A DNA stretch of 64,000 nt from Takakia lepidozioides (lineage: Eukaryota; Plantae; Bryophyta): the NCBI GenBank assembly GCA_030704615.1, contig CM060731.1, positions 38,130,001 through 38,194,000 on the forward strand, in the 5' to 3' direction. The notes beneath the pieces were generated by a model. That model was not told the origin of the DNA. It searched no databases and was given only the letters and a program-made list of their open reading frames with translations. The translations under genes were made by a program, and so were the position numbers. Below are positions 1 to 13,707 of the stretch, piece after piece. Numbering within the stretch: position 1 is the stretch's first letter; each line of letters opens with the position of its first letter.

Positions 1-1278
1 ATGTTATGAGTTGCAAGTTATTGGAAGTGTGAGCCTACATTTCTTGGTGACATTATCTATCAGATGCACCATTCATCTTAGAAAATTCACCTCCCCACCA
101 ATAATGTTCTGGCGTTCCATGGTGTATCAACAGGGAAAACAATCACAACATGTATGTGTGGTTGTGAATAATGCAAACAGACAAACAGACAGGGAGGGAA
201 AGAGGTGTCAAGACGAATTCCACATCTGTCTATCAAAAACACTGACAATATTGATGGCACCAGCATCATACTTTTAATACTATGGCAATACGTTCCACTA
301 GCACTCCCAAATAGCAACAACTTCTCCAGTTCTTCCCCAAAAAGTTCCTTATCGAGTTTAAGGAACACATGAAACCCGTATTGCTGCCAAAAGTGCTCGG
401 CAAGATGCATGCTAGCTATAAAACATAGTGCAAACCGCAGACAGGCCTTCAGTTCTATAGAAAGCATGTTTCAAGATTGCCGCAAAGGATCTTCCTGGGT
501 GCATATTGTTTGGGCACCTGACTGTTGCTTGCAAGGTAACCCAAGGAGAACAAGCCAATCCCCGATACAGACATTGGAATAATACTGCAAACGGTTCCGA
601 TGTTTCAATGCATTGACCGCCATTGTGAGCCCAATGCAAGTAACTGCCAGGTTGTCATGGACATTCGGGTGACTCAGCCAGGTGCCGGTTTAAGAATTAC
701 AGCAAAGAACTTGAGCACTGAAGTCCGTGACAGCAGCCTCTCTATCCTCCATTCAATACTCATTCCTGTGATAACAACATTCTCAGCAAATCTCGTGTGC
801 AGCAACATAGCCTCTTCCACAGTGCCCCATAGTCTCTGTTGGGGGGTGGTTAAAAACCAGTCTTTCACTACCAGCTCAGTCCTCCATTGCATGATAGTGG
901 ACAAATTGGCCGCATCCAACTCATCATGTCTTGAAGACTTCCCAAGGATACCTACAGCTGTGGTTCTGCTTGTCATAATATAAGATCCTCAGTGCACATA
1001 CTGCTGGTGATTAAAGAGGAAATTTACTTCAATCTGGATTGATAATTCGAGATTGCACTTAAACAGGGACACTGACCCTAGATGTTACGAACAAATTGGC
1101 CTCGAAGAAGCTGAGTTGTTTACATAACAGCATTTCCAAGGCATAACTCCCATCTCATGTGTTGATACACAACACTTTGGGAACATTTTAGCTTCCCCGT
1201 TGTTCAAAGCTCGAGTGGCGAATTGTATATAAACGTTATTCACAAACCCAGACATGGAAGAAATAGAGAAGAACGTAC

Positions 1279-1716
1279 CTGGGTGAGAAGCTCTCTCTGC
1301 ATTTCCAACAGCCGCTTAGTCTTCTCCAGCACGGGGGGCCTATCCCCACTGCTGCTTGCAGACCCCTGCTCACTCTCCGCGCGCAACCGCACACAACGAT
1401 CCTCCGGCAGAGGCCCCCGCACATGAACTCTCCTGGCGAAGGTCGCACCTCCCCCATCACACTCAAAACAGCCCGAAGATTGCAGGAGCGGGATTCCCGC
1501 CCGTCTACTGCGAGAGCGAACTCTGAATCTTTCTGACAAACCATGCGAATCAAAGAAAGCCGAAGACGGGAATGGCCAAGACAGAGAACCAGGGGAGGGG
1601 CTGCAGTGGAGAGGGGATGTGAGGCAAGTAGCGGAAGAGGATGAAAGAGGGTTCTCTGTGACAGCAGAGGCGGACACGATGGATCCAGTTCTAGGCGCTG
1701 CCACGCACTGCGCCAT
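1279..1716 (-). CDS. First exon of a plastid-targeted protein, possibly soluble starch synthase II-like; rest of gene not resolved, probably running off the left edge
   Basis: ATG at 1716; Ser/Arg-rich transit-peptide-like N-terminus ending KTKRLLEMQRELLTQ, then CAG|GTACG donor at 1278. The motif resembles, from memory, the N-terminal coiled coil of plant SSII; product call is weak. Confidence 0.45.
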
Positions 1717-3813
1717 TTCTGAAATGGGTTGTGCTCTAGGCTAACATTTCTCTCTACAGCAGCATTTCCCTACTGCTCCTGGATCAGCTCCACCGCCATT
1801 GGGGTAGACAAATCACCATGAGAGAGAGAGAGAAACTGTCAACGCAACCAAGATTGGGACTTCAAAAGAGAAAAGTGAAAGGGAGGAACGGAAGAACGAT
1901 AAAGTGTCATTACTTTGAGGGTGCGAGATCAAAGGAAAAGCAAAGCTTCCGATGGCCGGGAGTGGCGGAGGCTGTATGTATGGACTGGGGCTGGCTTTAT
2001 CCACTTCGCCCACACAGATACTTAGCTCCGCCTCCTCCGAGTGTGGAAAATGTGTTGCTGCCATGGCACTGCCGCTGCACGTCAGCACAGCACGGCTGCG
2101 CAAGACAGGATCGGCAGTGGCCACGTTTGCGCATCGTCTGGCCTCTGTCACGTGCCTGCCGCGCTCCTCATCATCGCTCTCGGATCTCCCCGACCGCTTC
2201 CCGACCCAACGCCACAAACATCTGCACATGCCTCTCGTGTCACTCCCACACCGCCCCCTCCCTCTCTTTTCACATCGCCCACTTTAATACATTTTTCAAT
2301 AGCGTTACGGAACTTGGGTCTGACCTCTGATTCTGTTTATAGACACATAGCTTCTCCCTGCCATCAATCTTTCGTGATTGTGTTCATTACCGATCCAAAA
2401 CTTACCGCAGGGAAAACCTAGGACATTCTTTCACTGCACACTATATTCATAACTCAAAATTTCCTCATATCTACAGAATTTCAATGTTCATGTTTCTAAG
2501 TAGTGTCTACCTGCATCCCCTGCCTTCAACAGGAATTCATAGCATTTTGATGTGGGAATGGGAATCTTGGAACTTTTTAGTGCGCAGGCGAAGATTCTGT
2601 AAACCAAAAACATTCACAAATCTTGGCGGAATTCCGAGCCAATTGAGTTCAACTTCCACAGGAACATGCCTCATGATGTTGGCCACCCTTTTTGTAATGT
2701 TTCAAATTTTTATTAGTGTGCGTTATCTCTTTTGTAGGGAGAGCATCCCCACCCTTCTCACTAAAATGGCCCCTCTATGCCTACATTGGAGGGGTCGGTT
2801 CAGAACTCTGGAAAGGTGTGTGAAGGGGTCGGCTGCTGGTAGCCACACCTTGCCCCTCGTTATGCCCCTGTACCATATGTTCCCAGAGTTCCCAGTGACG
2901 TTCTCAACGCTCTTTATCACGTTCCCCACCTACTGCTTGCCTTCGTCATCCCCGTGTCGCACCTCTTGTCTTCGGCTGGAAGGGAAGCCAGAGGCTGGGA
3001 GGCACGCTCTGACATGTCCATGGTTGGGACGACTCGGTTCAGGGACGAGTACAGCGGACTGAATATTGTGCATGGATTCAGTTAAAGAGAGGCGATTCAG
3101 TGCCTGCCCTGAATGGTGTATACGGTAGCCGGCAAGGGTGTGGTACGTTTGACAGCGATTTTGAACCTGTATACGAGAAGTACCGGTGCAGGGGTCCATA
3201 GAGGCGTAGAGTGGGGATGCTCGGATTTGAAGGGGGGTGCACACTGCACACTGCACACACTTCATTTTCTGCACTTTGCATGGTTTTGGGAAAAATTTGG
3301 GTGTGGTTCTTGGAAAACTGAAGGGCACAAGTCCATCAGGACCTCTAATTCTGCACCGCCCCATTGTTTCTCTGGGCATATCCAATGGCCCCTCTGTAGA
3401 TGGGGTACCCCTGCATTCAATGCAGACCCCACACCTCCCCATCTCATCTTGTGCTGTGCGAGATTTGGGCAGGGGCAATATCAAAGGCCGAGCTGCCCGC
3501 AATTCACAATTTGCGCTGCACCGTCAGCTCGCGAGTAATTACATTGTCAAGTACTTTTACCAACCAAAGAAAGGCTGAGTTTCTACATGACATAAAGTCT
3601 TTTAGCTATTGATAGTGTGTGAGATCCAAAGGTTCTGTAGCATATTTCTACCGACTAAAGATACATAACAAAAAGTTCAGTTCGTAACATCAGGTCAACT
3701 AGCATTTTAGATTATTGATCACTTCTTGTTTTTTTAAATATTTACCTTACAGCCATGAAATCATTCACAACTATTATTACCAACTAATGCAAACTAACAC
3801 AATCATTGTTTAT

Positions 3814-3890
3814 GACCAGTCGGTAGCTCAGTTGGATAGAGCACTGAGTGCCACCCAGATGATTCTGCGTTCAAATCCTGCTAGGTTACC
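3814..3890 (+). mobile_element. tRNA-like sequence (SINE head or tRNA pseudogene)
   Basis: A-box GGTAGCTCAGTTGGATAGAGC and B-box GTTCAAATCC at tRNA spacing; anticodon arm imperfect (ctgag-tgccac-ccag), acceptor stem degenerate. Confidence 0.6.
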
Positions 3891-4102
3891 TTGTCTGGTG
3901 TGGTATTCTTAATCCTCTCCCCCTTCCCTTCGGCGGTGTGCCTAGAGCCCTTGCGAGCATGGCAAAGGTTGAGGTTATTGGGGTTACTATGAAAGAGGGT
4001 ATATTCTCCTCTCACTATAATTATGTGGTCTGATTTGTGGGTGGATATGTCTTCTAAGCATCCAGCCCCTATATAGCGCAAGGTGAAGTGACTTTTAATT
4101 AC

Positions 4103-4265
4103 GCCGACTTGACTACGGTCGGAGTCTCCTCTTGCTTTAGAGGGGGATATGTTTTCTAAACAACACCGACTATGGTCGGAGTCTTCTCTTTCATTAGATG
4201 CGGATATGATATGTTTTCTATACAAACGCCGACTATGGTCGAAGTCTTCGCTTGCTTTAGATGCC
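4103..4265. repeat. Three tandem ~60-bp units, each with a CCGAC-TATG-GTCGG-like palindrome
   Basis: Units gactacggtcggagtctcctcttgctttag / ccgactatggtcggagtcttctctttcattag / ccgactatggtcgaagtcttcgcttgctttag, spaced about 58-63 bp. Confidence 0.8.
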
Positions 4266-4951
4266 CCAACCCTAAGGCAAAAAGCCTTACCAGCCTCACA
4301 CCACGGAATCCCAAATCACCTAAAATACACTTTACGGAATATATTATTGAATACCAACCTGGAAAGATGTTATGATTGTAGCTTTGTGATTGTCCTTTGG
4401 AAATAACGAAATAACTTAGGTTGAGCAGTGGGCTGTGGTGGGGCTCGAATGCTTGAGTGGGCATGTCGGCAGCAAGCACATCATTGGACCACTGTGGAGC
4501 GGGGTGTTGAGCGGGGTGCCGACTGAAAAAGCACGCTACAGGCCTAGAGAGTCGTGAACCCACGAGACGGGTTAGGGTTGGCAGGGATTGAGGCCACTCC
4601 AGAGGGGCCACCCGGCAGCACAGTACGTTCCAAGATGGGGCCAGCACTGTACAAACGTACAAACCGTTGGGCCCCGTAAGTACCTCTTTTAACTTTCCCT
4701 CTGGTTCCGGCTTCTTGGGTTGGAATCCCGGTCCGGGATACATAGTTAATAGAATTTCTTATTTCAACTTAATGCTATCTGATTTAAGGCCAGGCCACAC
4801 CTGGAGCTAAGTTGAGGAAGAATCTGTAGCAGAACTATGAACAGGAGCTAGTAAAAATTATGGAAGGTTGGAGAGCGCTGGGGTCCACACCAACAGTGTT
4901 TACTAATATTGCAACAATTTTTGTACTCTTCATTGTCACAATTTCGCAGCG

Positions 4952-6861
4952 ATGGAAGCTATGGATGTGCTGCCTGTAGGAAACGACCTTCATCAAGAGG
5001 AGAACGTGACACCTACAAGAACCTTGAACGCATCCAGAACCAACGCATCCAGAGGTAGAGGAAGAGGACGAGGTTCTCGTGGGAGGGCCAAGAGAAATGT
5101 CGCTGAAAACCAACCCGCACAATCAGACTCTTCGGATTGTCGTGCAAAAAGACCCAGGCAGCCCAACTGGGAGCACGCGGAGATTTTTTCTTTGATCAAG
5201 GCCAAAAAAGATGAATACATTGCAACCCTAGATCAAGTGGATCCTCGGGACCAATTTCAAACAGCTACTGTCAAATGGAGGAGGCTGTAATGGCAGATGG
5301 AAATTCCCCTCAACAACGAAATGGATCTGCCTGCAAAGATAAGTGGGGGGCTCTCTATGGGGATTTTAAGAACATCTATGATTACCACCAAGGGACTGGT
5401 CATAATGAACAATATTGGATCATGACCCCTGCAGACAAGCTGGCTTTCAATCTTCCTCAACATTATAGTCGCTCAATGCATGAGCTGATAGACGCATTTA
5501 TGGGGAGCAGACCAATCTTTAATCCTCCACATGCACGTGATTTGATGCAAGAAGGAGATGGTGTCTACATTTCTCCGGAAGTGGTTCCTGCTGAAGATTC
5601 ACAGGACACCATGAAGTACATTCCTCAGTTGCAACGTTCTCCACAACAGGCTGGAGATGTTCAAATGGAGGTACCTGCAAGTTTCAACCAAATTCCTCAA
5701 GGTGTGGAGCCTGAAGCTTATGAGACTGTGAACCGGTCATTTCTACCTAGAGCTGCGAATAATCTAAGACGCAGCAATCAAGTTACACCTCAGCCCATTG
5801 TTTCCCCTAGACACGGTGCAACAACACCCTATTCAACAATCTCATCTCCTCCGCCAATATTGGACAATGTTGGCATGCCACAGTCAGGAACTCGTGAGGA
5901 CCCAATTCGATGCAGTAGCTTCCAGGAGCAAATCAATGATGCAATTCGGCAACCAGATTCTTTCAGATACATCAAATTCATTTGTCCGCATTGTAAGCCA
6001 GCCTACTCTTACACGTCCGATTACTGGCAGCACTGGAAGAAGAAGTCATCTTTTGTCCATAAGAACATGGTCGAAGCAACTGAGAAAGGAAGTAGAATGC
6101 TCGTTGAATCAATTGATCGCATTCGCACTACAAATTTGGAGATTGAAGAGAAACGTGCAAAGGCACATGACCAGATTGTGCAAAAGCAGTTGGAGTACTA
6201 CAAAATGCGTGAACAAGAAATCAATATCACACAAAGGAGCATGGTCCAGGCGATATTTGGACTAACACAGGTACTAGGCACAGCTTTTGCAAAACCTACA
6301 ATTCCTGAAGGCTATCCTACAGTTTCTGACGACCATGCCCTATTTCACCGAGACATAGGTTCGCAAGAGAACTTATCTCCTTATCTGTTGGGAGACAAAG
6401 GTTATCCTTTGTTATCCTGGATCATGGTTCCTCATAAAGAAGGTAATCACACGATCTTGGAGGCACTGTTCAACCGCAAACACAAGAGAGGTTGGTCAGT
6501 GTTGGAGAATGCTTTTGGAATCATGAAACGGACTTTTCGTGAGGTGTCCACAAAAACTGAGCTGCACATTACATTGGTACCTAACATGATTATATGTTGT
6601 TGTCTTCTGCATAATTTGATCCTTGGTCATCATGAAATTGATGTTGAAGAGACTCTACGACTTCTAGAGGCTGAAGCTCAAACTGAAGTACCCGCTAGAG
6701 CACCTGTGGCTCCACGCAGACACAGACCAAGAGACAATAATAGAAATTTGCACCCAGAGACTGAACCAGTGCAAGAGACAATTCCAGGTCAAGAAACATG
6801 TGGATTGCAACTTCGAATTCAATTGGAGCAATATCTTGGCAGTCAACGCCATGTGACCTGA
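4952..6861 (+). mobile_element. PIF/Harbinger deletion derivative: Myb/SANT (trihelix-type) ORF, frameshifted near 5280, running in frame into the C-terminal half of a DDE_Tnp_4 transposase
   Basis: RQPNWEHAEIFSLIKAK...VKW...CKDKWGALYGDFKNIYDY (trihelix Myb); YLLGDKGYPLLSWIM...FNRKHKRGWSVLENAFGIMK...CCCLLHN (Harbinger transposase C-half); N-terminal catalytic DG motif absent; TIRs not identified. Confidence 0.85.
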
Positions 6862-7319
6862 AAAATGGTACACCAATGCTATCTATTCAAAATTTTGATC
6901 ATTTCTATGAAATCTGTCTTTGTAGCGAAAACAGCAGTAATCATTGATGCAAAAAGTAAAATGATCAGAAAGAGTAACGTTGGTGTGAGCTCAATCTAGT
7001 CTTCAGCAACAGCTGTACTAGGATCTCGCAAACTTGCTTTCAATACTGACACTCTGCATAGAAAATCTGTGACATAAAAATGCTCTTAGATCAAGTTCAC
7101 CTTGAATGTTGGCATGCACTTCTGTTCTTGTTTTCACATCATTGTCCGACTGAAGTATTACAAAGCAAATAACTTCATGGGGAATAAGTTTCCCCACAAT
7201 AAGTTTCTGAATACCCACAATGTCCAAACGATCCATCTATTTTAAATGCTCCAGGGAAACACCATGCTCACAGATTAGGCCCCTTACATTGAGAAAAAGA
7301 ATTAACCTCTTCCAAAGTA

Positions 7320-10300
7320 TCATTTTGAGTCCAAAAGCATTTGGATTTCTTCGAGTGAGCGACCTTTGGTCTCAATAATGAAGCTATTGGCAAATGCCAC
7401 GGACAACAGGGACACAGCACCAAAGCTTGTATACACAGTAGAAAGACCAAACCTCTCTACCAGCTCGAGAAATAATAGTCCAATCCCAAAATTGCAAACC
7501 TGTGAACAATTCCACTGCCAGCATTTAAACTCGTATTTATGTACAGTTCGTTTATGCGAAGCGCCCACATGCTTTGAACCAGAAAGTGCTTTGTGATCAT
7601 TCAGGCACAGCAATGAAGTGGATCTCAAGTGAAGGGGGTCGAGGATGGGAGTGGGAAGAGTGAAGACTTTGAACCACTCCCATTGCTCAATGCTTGATCC
7701 AGAAAACAACATACATCAAGGTGTCAAATTACTGGTTGTAAAAATTTGAAACTGCACCATTCGAAATAAATCCTGTAAGCATTGGAAGCAATGAGAAGAA
7801 AATGGGTAAGAATTGTTAATACCCAGTGTGTACAAAGGCTAACAGCCATTATCTTTGCCCGTGCTCTTGTAGTACATAACTCTGGGATGATCATTGCCGT
7901 GACTGGTCCTGCTCCCAATGCAAAGGTGAAGACATACCTGCATCCCGCAGCGTGAGACACACCACACCCTCAGAACCTGTATAGCCCTTTCCAACCACAA
8001 ATCATCCTCCCCCAAAGACCATATTCCTATTCGGCACATACAAGCCCAAGATAAAAATGCTGCCATGTAATACATCTATACCTGCACTTATACACTGATT
8101 CCTTCCTGGGCTAGACCTATCACGCAAACAAAAGTAACATGGCAAGATCAAACATTATTGCAGTACAACTTTTCAAACAAATCCTGCGCACAAAGCATCC
8201 TTAGCCCACAGACATCAGGAGAGCTGTGCCAATAACCAAGTACTGTAGTGTCTTCCTTAGCCCTGTCACTCCTAAAAAGCAACTATGACCTTTTTATTAT
8301 TGCTGTTTCTGCCATGGTAAGCCTCAGTCATCCTGCATTCAGAATGTTACAATAATTCACAGAAAAGTTGAAGGACATACAGGAGTGTACCACCAACAGA
8401 AAGCAAGTGAGACAACTGTTCATTTTCCGGAATGTTCAGCGATAGCACCAATATTGCCATGGCCACTGCCTGTTTCAAATACACGCACCCTATGCAAGTT
8501 AATTCATTAGATTCAACTTCCAACTTACGCATGCAAGAATGGGAAGGCAGGGAGGAGTGTGGAAAATGGCTTTCAAGATAAACAACGTACGATTTTTCAT
8601 CTAGCCAGAGATAAAACTACTGACTTCACACCCCTATAGGAAGTCTCTACACACGGTAAACAAACCTAATTTCAACTGAAATCCACCCAATTACTAAATT
8701 ATTCCACTATCATGAACTTCTGACTCCATGATTTCCATAGCTTGTATTGGGCCCTGACCATTCTTACACATCGACAGGCCAACTGTAGATGCAATCAAGT
8801 ACAAAGATGAAGTGGTGAAATACAGAGTAGAGCCGAGGTGCAAGAAAATCGTTACCATGCCCCCATAGCTACCCATCAGCAGTTTACGCCGACCCTGGTT
8901 GTCCATCAATGATAATGCCACCACTGCCCCTGCATACAAAGCATCCATAATGTCCAATTGATCTCCTTCACTTAATACTTGAGCATGGCGCATTCTGTGA
9001 CTCGACAAATGAAACATCCATCATAGATAAGGGAAATCTGCTGCAAAGTGAAGGCGAGGCACCAGATTTCTTACCAATAAGGCTAGCAAGCCCCACAGCA
9101 GCACTTGCAGCAATGTCATTGGTGATACCGGCATCTTTAAAAGTCAAGGATGAGAAGTAGAGCACACCATTGATTCCTGCAAACTGCTGCAGTGCAAACA
9201 ATGCACTTCCAATAGAAGCAACTGCAAGCCATGTATAGGGTTGGTCAGTCAGCTGCTCAAGCTTTTGAATTTGTTTGAATTTGTTTAATGCAGGCAAGGG
9301 AAAAGCAGGATACGGTTGATTGACTATACACCCTTCTCTAAAAGAAGCAATGGACAACATACTAAACGAGTGCCAAAACCTGTCTAATCAAAGTGAGCCA
9401 AGAAAGGTAATCAATTGGACCTTTGAAGTACTCTTTGGACAGAAGCTCTGACCAAGGAATCTCATCATCTGGGTTTTGGCCACTATTAATGTTCCTCAAC
9501 TCCTCCATGGCGACTTCTACTTCTGCCTTCCCCCAGAGTTCCTCTATTAAACTTTGAGCCTCATCCCACCTTCCCACCTAAATCATCACAGATCCCAACA
9601 TTAGCTCGAAGTTCACCTGGGAACAGCAATAGAGAATACTACCACAAAACCAGCATTGAAGGCTTCTTGAGTGGAATCAAATCACCTTTCCAAGCCAACG
9701 AGGACTTTCTGCTGCCAGTTGCATGCCAACTATGAGTAGAATCCCCGGTACTGTGGCCAACCAAAGCATGGTCCGCCACCTGCCGCCCATACATCAAGCA
9801 CCCCAATTATTTGTCCACAATAGTTTGAAGAGTACCCTCTCCCACCCACCTACAAAAAGTATAAAATGTCGATATGGTTCAACAATGAGCCCTTCACATC
9901 TCCCCTGTATGTACTTAATTTTCGATCACACACATGGAACCGGAATGTTCCTTTCCCATCTGAAGACCATGCCTTTGAAAAGGTGCATGGAGTAGCTGGA
10001 CTGCAATGGCGAAGGACAGCAGCTTCCAAAGAATCAAAATGAGGTGAACAGGGCACAAGTGAGAGAGGGTTTCAATCAAAAGGCAAGGTCATGTGAACAC
10101 CATGTTGCGGCAGGTGACCTTAAGCTATAGACCTTGGTACAAAGGTCATCATCACCATTCACAAACCAGCATACCGTGGTATGGCCAACAAACAAAGCAC
10201 AAAATATGAGGGAATTTAGGCACAGACTGTGCATGCACAACCTATCAACTCAACCACATTCAGCACCTACTTGTATTGGCATGACTCTATCATACTTACT

Positions 10301-13300
10301 AAAATTAGTATCTGGTTCACTGGCACCTTCCTTGCTACCAAGTCTTTAGCCTTTAGTTGTGCAGGTCACAGCACTAGCAATAATGTAGAGCTGTTATTAA
10401 TTCATACTTGTGGCTCTCCTTCATTAAGGACAAACCACAATTGCCAAGAAAGAACTTATTTGAAACTCAGACGCCTTCAGAGCATTAGTACAATGAATTA
10501 CACCTAAGTTGACTCAGGTGGCTTTTCAAATCACATGATAACCTGTCATATCTCACCAATGTGGATCTGCCTCTGCAGGAATTCCTATGAGAAGAGCTGC
10601 AATTATGCCTACGCATGTTCCAATCTGGCAAAAGCTCCCGAGTGCTCCTCTATACTTTGTAGGTGCAACCTGAAGACAATACACACACAACTTAGGTCTG
10701 ATGCCTCTTCTCTCAGAAGGATCTAATATCTAACATGTGTCACTTTGGTTGTTCACATGAAAAACATATGTGCCAGCTCTCCAACTTATTCTCCTTCAAA
10801 ACATATATTGACAGCTTTCACTTACTGGAGCATCATGTAACTGTTGGAACACAATGATTGGATTCATAACATATCGATTCCTGGCTACAACAGACTTGGG
10901 CATCTATGCTCAGTAAAAGGGAGCCGATTGCCGACAATACCAGTGTCTCTGTAGACCTATGCATATGTAAAATATGAGAGAATGTGCTCATATGACATAT
11001 TTGAAATAGCCTTGTGGCCATAGACCCTTTGCCCAGTTTGGGTAAAACAAGAGGCAACAGACACAACCTTTGTGAGGGGCTCACTGATCTAGTGGGATCT
11101 ACCTTGATATAAACAATTACTTCAGCCATTCCAGATTCCCCCTAGAAACCCTTCACACAAGCATCAATCTGCTGTATGTGAGCTGCCCAGCAATTAGACC
11201 CTAATAGGGCCAGGGCTTAAGGCTCGAGTTTTGAAAATTGGTGAACAGAGGTGCCGGGACTATGTTCTTCATGGCCCTGAAGAGGGTCGTCCTCTAATGA
11301 GAATACCCAAGACATTGTATCAGAAAATGGATATTGTCTTCAGGCTGCCCACACATCAGGCATTGATAATCTCCATTCCTCTCTGCATCTGTTTATTGTT
11401 CAAAGGTGGCTCATATGAAAGAATGTACTCATAAGACTTGTTTGCCATAGCCTTGTGGCCATTGACCCCACGCCCAGTTAGAGCTCATAGGAGAGAGAGA
11501 ATGTACTCATAAGACGTTGTCTGCCGTAGCCTTGTGACCAATGACCCCGCACTCAGTTTGAGCGGATATAAGAATGTACTCATAAGACGTTGTTTGCCGA
11601 AGCCTTGTGGACATTGGGCGGATATGAGAGAGAGAGAGAGAGAGAGAGAAACGTGAGTGAGGGAAGAGAGAGCACCTCAGAAATATACAGAGGTACCAAG
11701 CCGGTGTTAACTCCAATGCCTATTCCAACCATAAATCGTCCCAAAATCATGATGCCAACAGATTGTGCACTTGCGCTGCATAAGCGAAAGAGGAAAGGAA
11801 AACTTGCAGCTCCTTACTCAACAATTAAACTGACAGCATGCTTTTGGTCAAAACTACCATAATGCACCATAATCCACAAAGGAGCTCCTGTGACTTATGA
11901 ATCACTATTCTTTCATTTCCTTAATGCTGCAACAACACAGTATCGGATGACAATGTTGCAAACTGAGCTTCAAGTTTTCTAACCATGAGCTAACTTTTTG
12001 CAGCAGAAATTCTGTGGTCCACTTTTGAGGTACTAGGCTGACAACTGTCTCAAAACAGGAGCTTTTATTCTTGATTCTGGACGTATCACTGGCTCGAACA
12101 AAAAACACATTCTCCTCATGACTGGACGAACTCGAATGCGACGGCAGCTTCAGTTTTGGGATGCAGAAATGCAAACATTCGCTATCCATATCTCACATAT
12201 TATCACAGCAAAAACTGGGAAATAGCTAACATGTCACCAAGGACATGGAATTGTCAGCTCAAAGGTCCATATCCAGATCGCAAACATTTCATAAGACAAA
12301 AAGAGATCATGCATGCAGGAAAATATTTGCCAATACCTTAAAGCAGCTCCAAGGACAAGCGGAACTGCATCAAGCTGGAACGTTCTTCGCCGACCAATTT
12401 TGTCTGAAAGCACACCACCACTTATGCTCCCCAAAAATGCACCAACCAGAAAAATGCTGACCACAAATCCCTGCATTATGTTATCTCCTTCAAACCCCAG
12501 CTCACGGGCAATTGACTCCAACGGTCCATTCATTACCCTGCAGGAAAATGATGTGAACTGATGTCTGAGACCAGTGTGTGATTGGTACTAAGAAACAAGT
12601 AGTCAAATTAAAGAGATCCAAACACACACTATGTCAGTTTGAACAGACTATGACGTTCACCATGGCACAATCACACCAAGAACTGCACTTACGACCATGT
12701 CACTCTGCTAAAATTGATTTCTCCCGACATATTCAGACAATTTTGTTCAGGACAGGGAAATAAAATGAAGAGGAAAGAATGTACATACCCAATGTGGTAG
12801 CCAAACAGGAAATTCGCCATGGCTGCAGTTAACACGTGAGGGAGCACTGGTAACCATGTACTTTCGGACTTCGACACGAGAGATACAGACTCAGTGAGGC
12901 TGCTGCCATTGACTTCAGCTCGGCTGTGCTCATCTGTACCCAGTTGAACCTCAAAGTTTCAAACAACCAGACTTCCTATCCAGCACCAACCATGAACTGA
13001 CAGTTGTATTGTCCCCGACCTTCTCCACTGTAATGAAATTGAAGTCCAATAATTCATTTCTCACAGGGCTATAAGTCGCTTTTCCTAGTCGGCTCGTGAT
13101 TAACCTGCAGCGTTTTTTCTTTCCCATGCAAAATCGCTTAAGTACGCACAACGATCGCTTCCCTGACCACTACGGAAGTGCTGCTTTCTCCTATCCCTGT
13201 TTGAAAATCAACTGTTTTAAGAGCACAAATGAAAAGAGAGATCGAAATACCAACCACTTAGAGCGGAATTAGCAGATTCTTTCTCTATTTGCGCCCTACA

Positions 13301-13492
13301 CAGCAGCCTTCTGCTGTAAACCTCTGAAGGACGGTGGCATGAGGTCATCATTAATCTCCATTTCTGAAAACACAGCCTGTGCCGAGCGGCACGAACACCC
13401 CGCATGTCCGGGAGCGCAGGAATCCGGGGAAGAGGCGCAGCAATGCTGCGGCATTGCTGCGCCATCATGGCCTGCCCTGCTCCGCTCGCCAT
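7320..13492 (-). CDS. Plastidic glucose/monosaccharide transporter (MFS sugar porter), 12 exons
   Basis: Approximate exons 13255-13492, 12789-12933, 12338-12538, 11695-11775, 10556-10669, 9686-9779, 9421-9577, 9075-9221, 8856-8929, 8380-8469, 7822-7937, 7320-7499. Motifs LPHVLTAAMANFLFGYHIG, DKIGRR, PLYISE, ESPRWL, QQFAGINGVLYFS, ETKGRSLEEI; transit-peptide-like exon 1; GT-AG junctions. Confidence 0.93.
10981..11620 (-). mobile_element. Intronic cluster of RTE/RTEX-like LINE 3' ends: one ~430-bp copy plus three 50-65-bp tails
   Basis: 10981-11412 aligns by eye with 51486-51910; tails tgtactcataagacgttgtttgccgtagccttgtgg recur at 11422, 11499 and 11572; followed by (GA)n. Confidence 0.85.
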
Positions 13493-13585
13493 AGCGCTAT
13501 GGAAACACGAGCCTGCATAGAGAGTAAGTTATAGACGATACACCGTTTTATCACTTCCATGTCGTCTCCACTACTCAAGTTTGTC

Positions 13586-13707
13586 CACGTGGAGTGACGT
13601 ATATGGCCGAACCCTCTTCAATACGACTTCGAACGTTCCGTACAGACCAGCTGAAACCATGACACGTGGGAGAAAAGCGTTCTTGCGCAGTATGCGGCAT
13701 CCACGTG
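13586..13707. promoter_or_regulatory. Cluster of three G-box/ABRE cores (CACGTG) plus TGACGT upstream of the sugar transporter
   Basis: CACGTG at 13586, 13663 and 13702; TGACGT at 13595; about 95-215 bp upstream of the ATG at 13492. Confidence 0.55.

Noticed and set aside
11-1000. Short ORFs as exons of the leftmost gene
   Set aside because: No recognisable motifs or in-phase splice model found; likely intron or decayed insert.
1813-3612. Several overlapping 100-190-aa ORFs
   Set aside because: No protein motifs; consistent with GC-rich promoter or TE subterminal sequence.
3814-3890. Functional tRNA gene
   Set aside because: Acceptor and anticodon stems do not pair properly.
4103-4265. CRISPR-like array
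   Set aside because: Eukaryotic context, inter-palindrome segments are similar rather than unique spacers, no cas genes.
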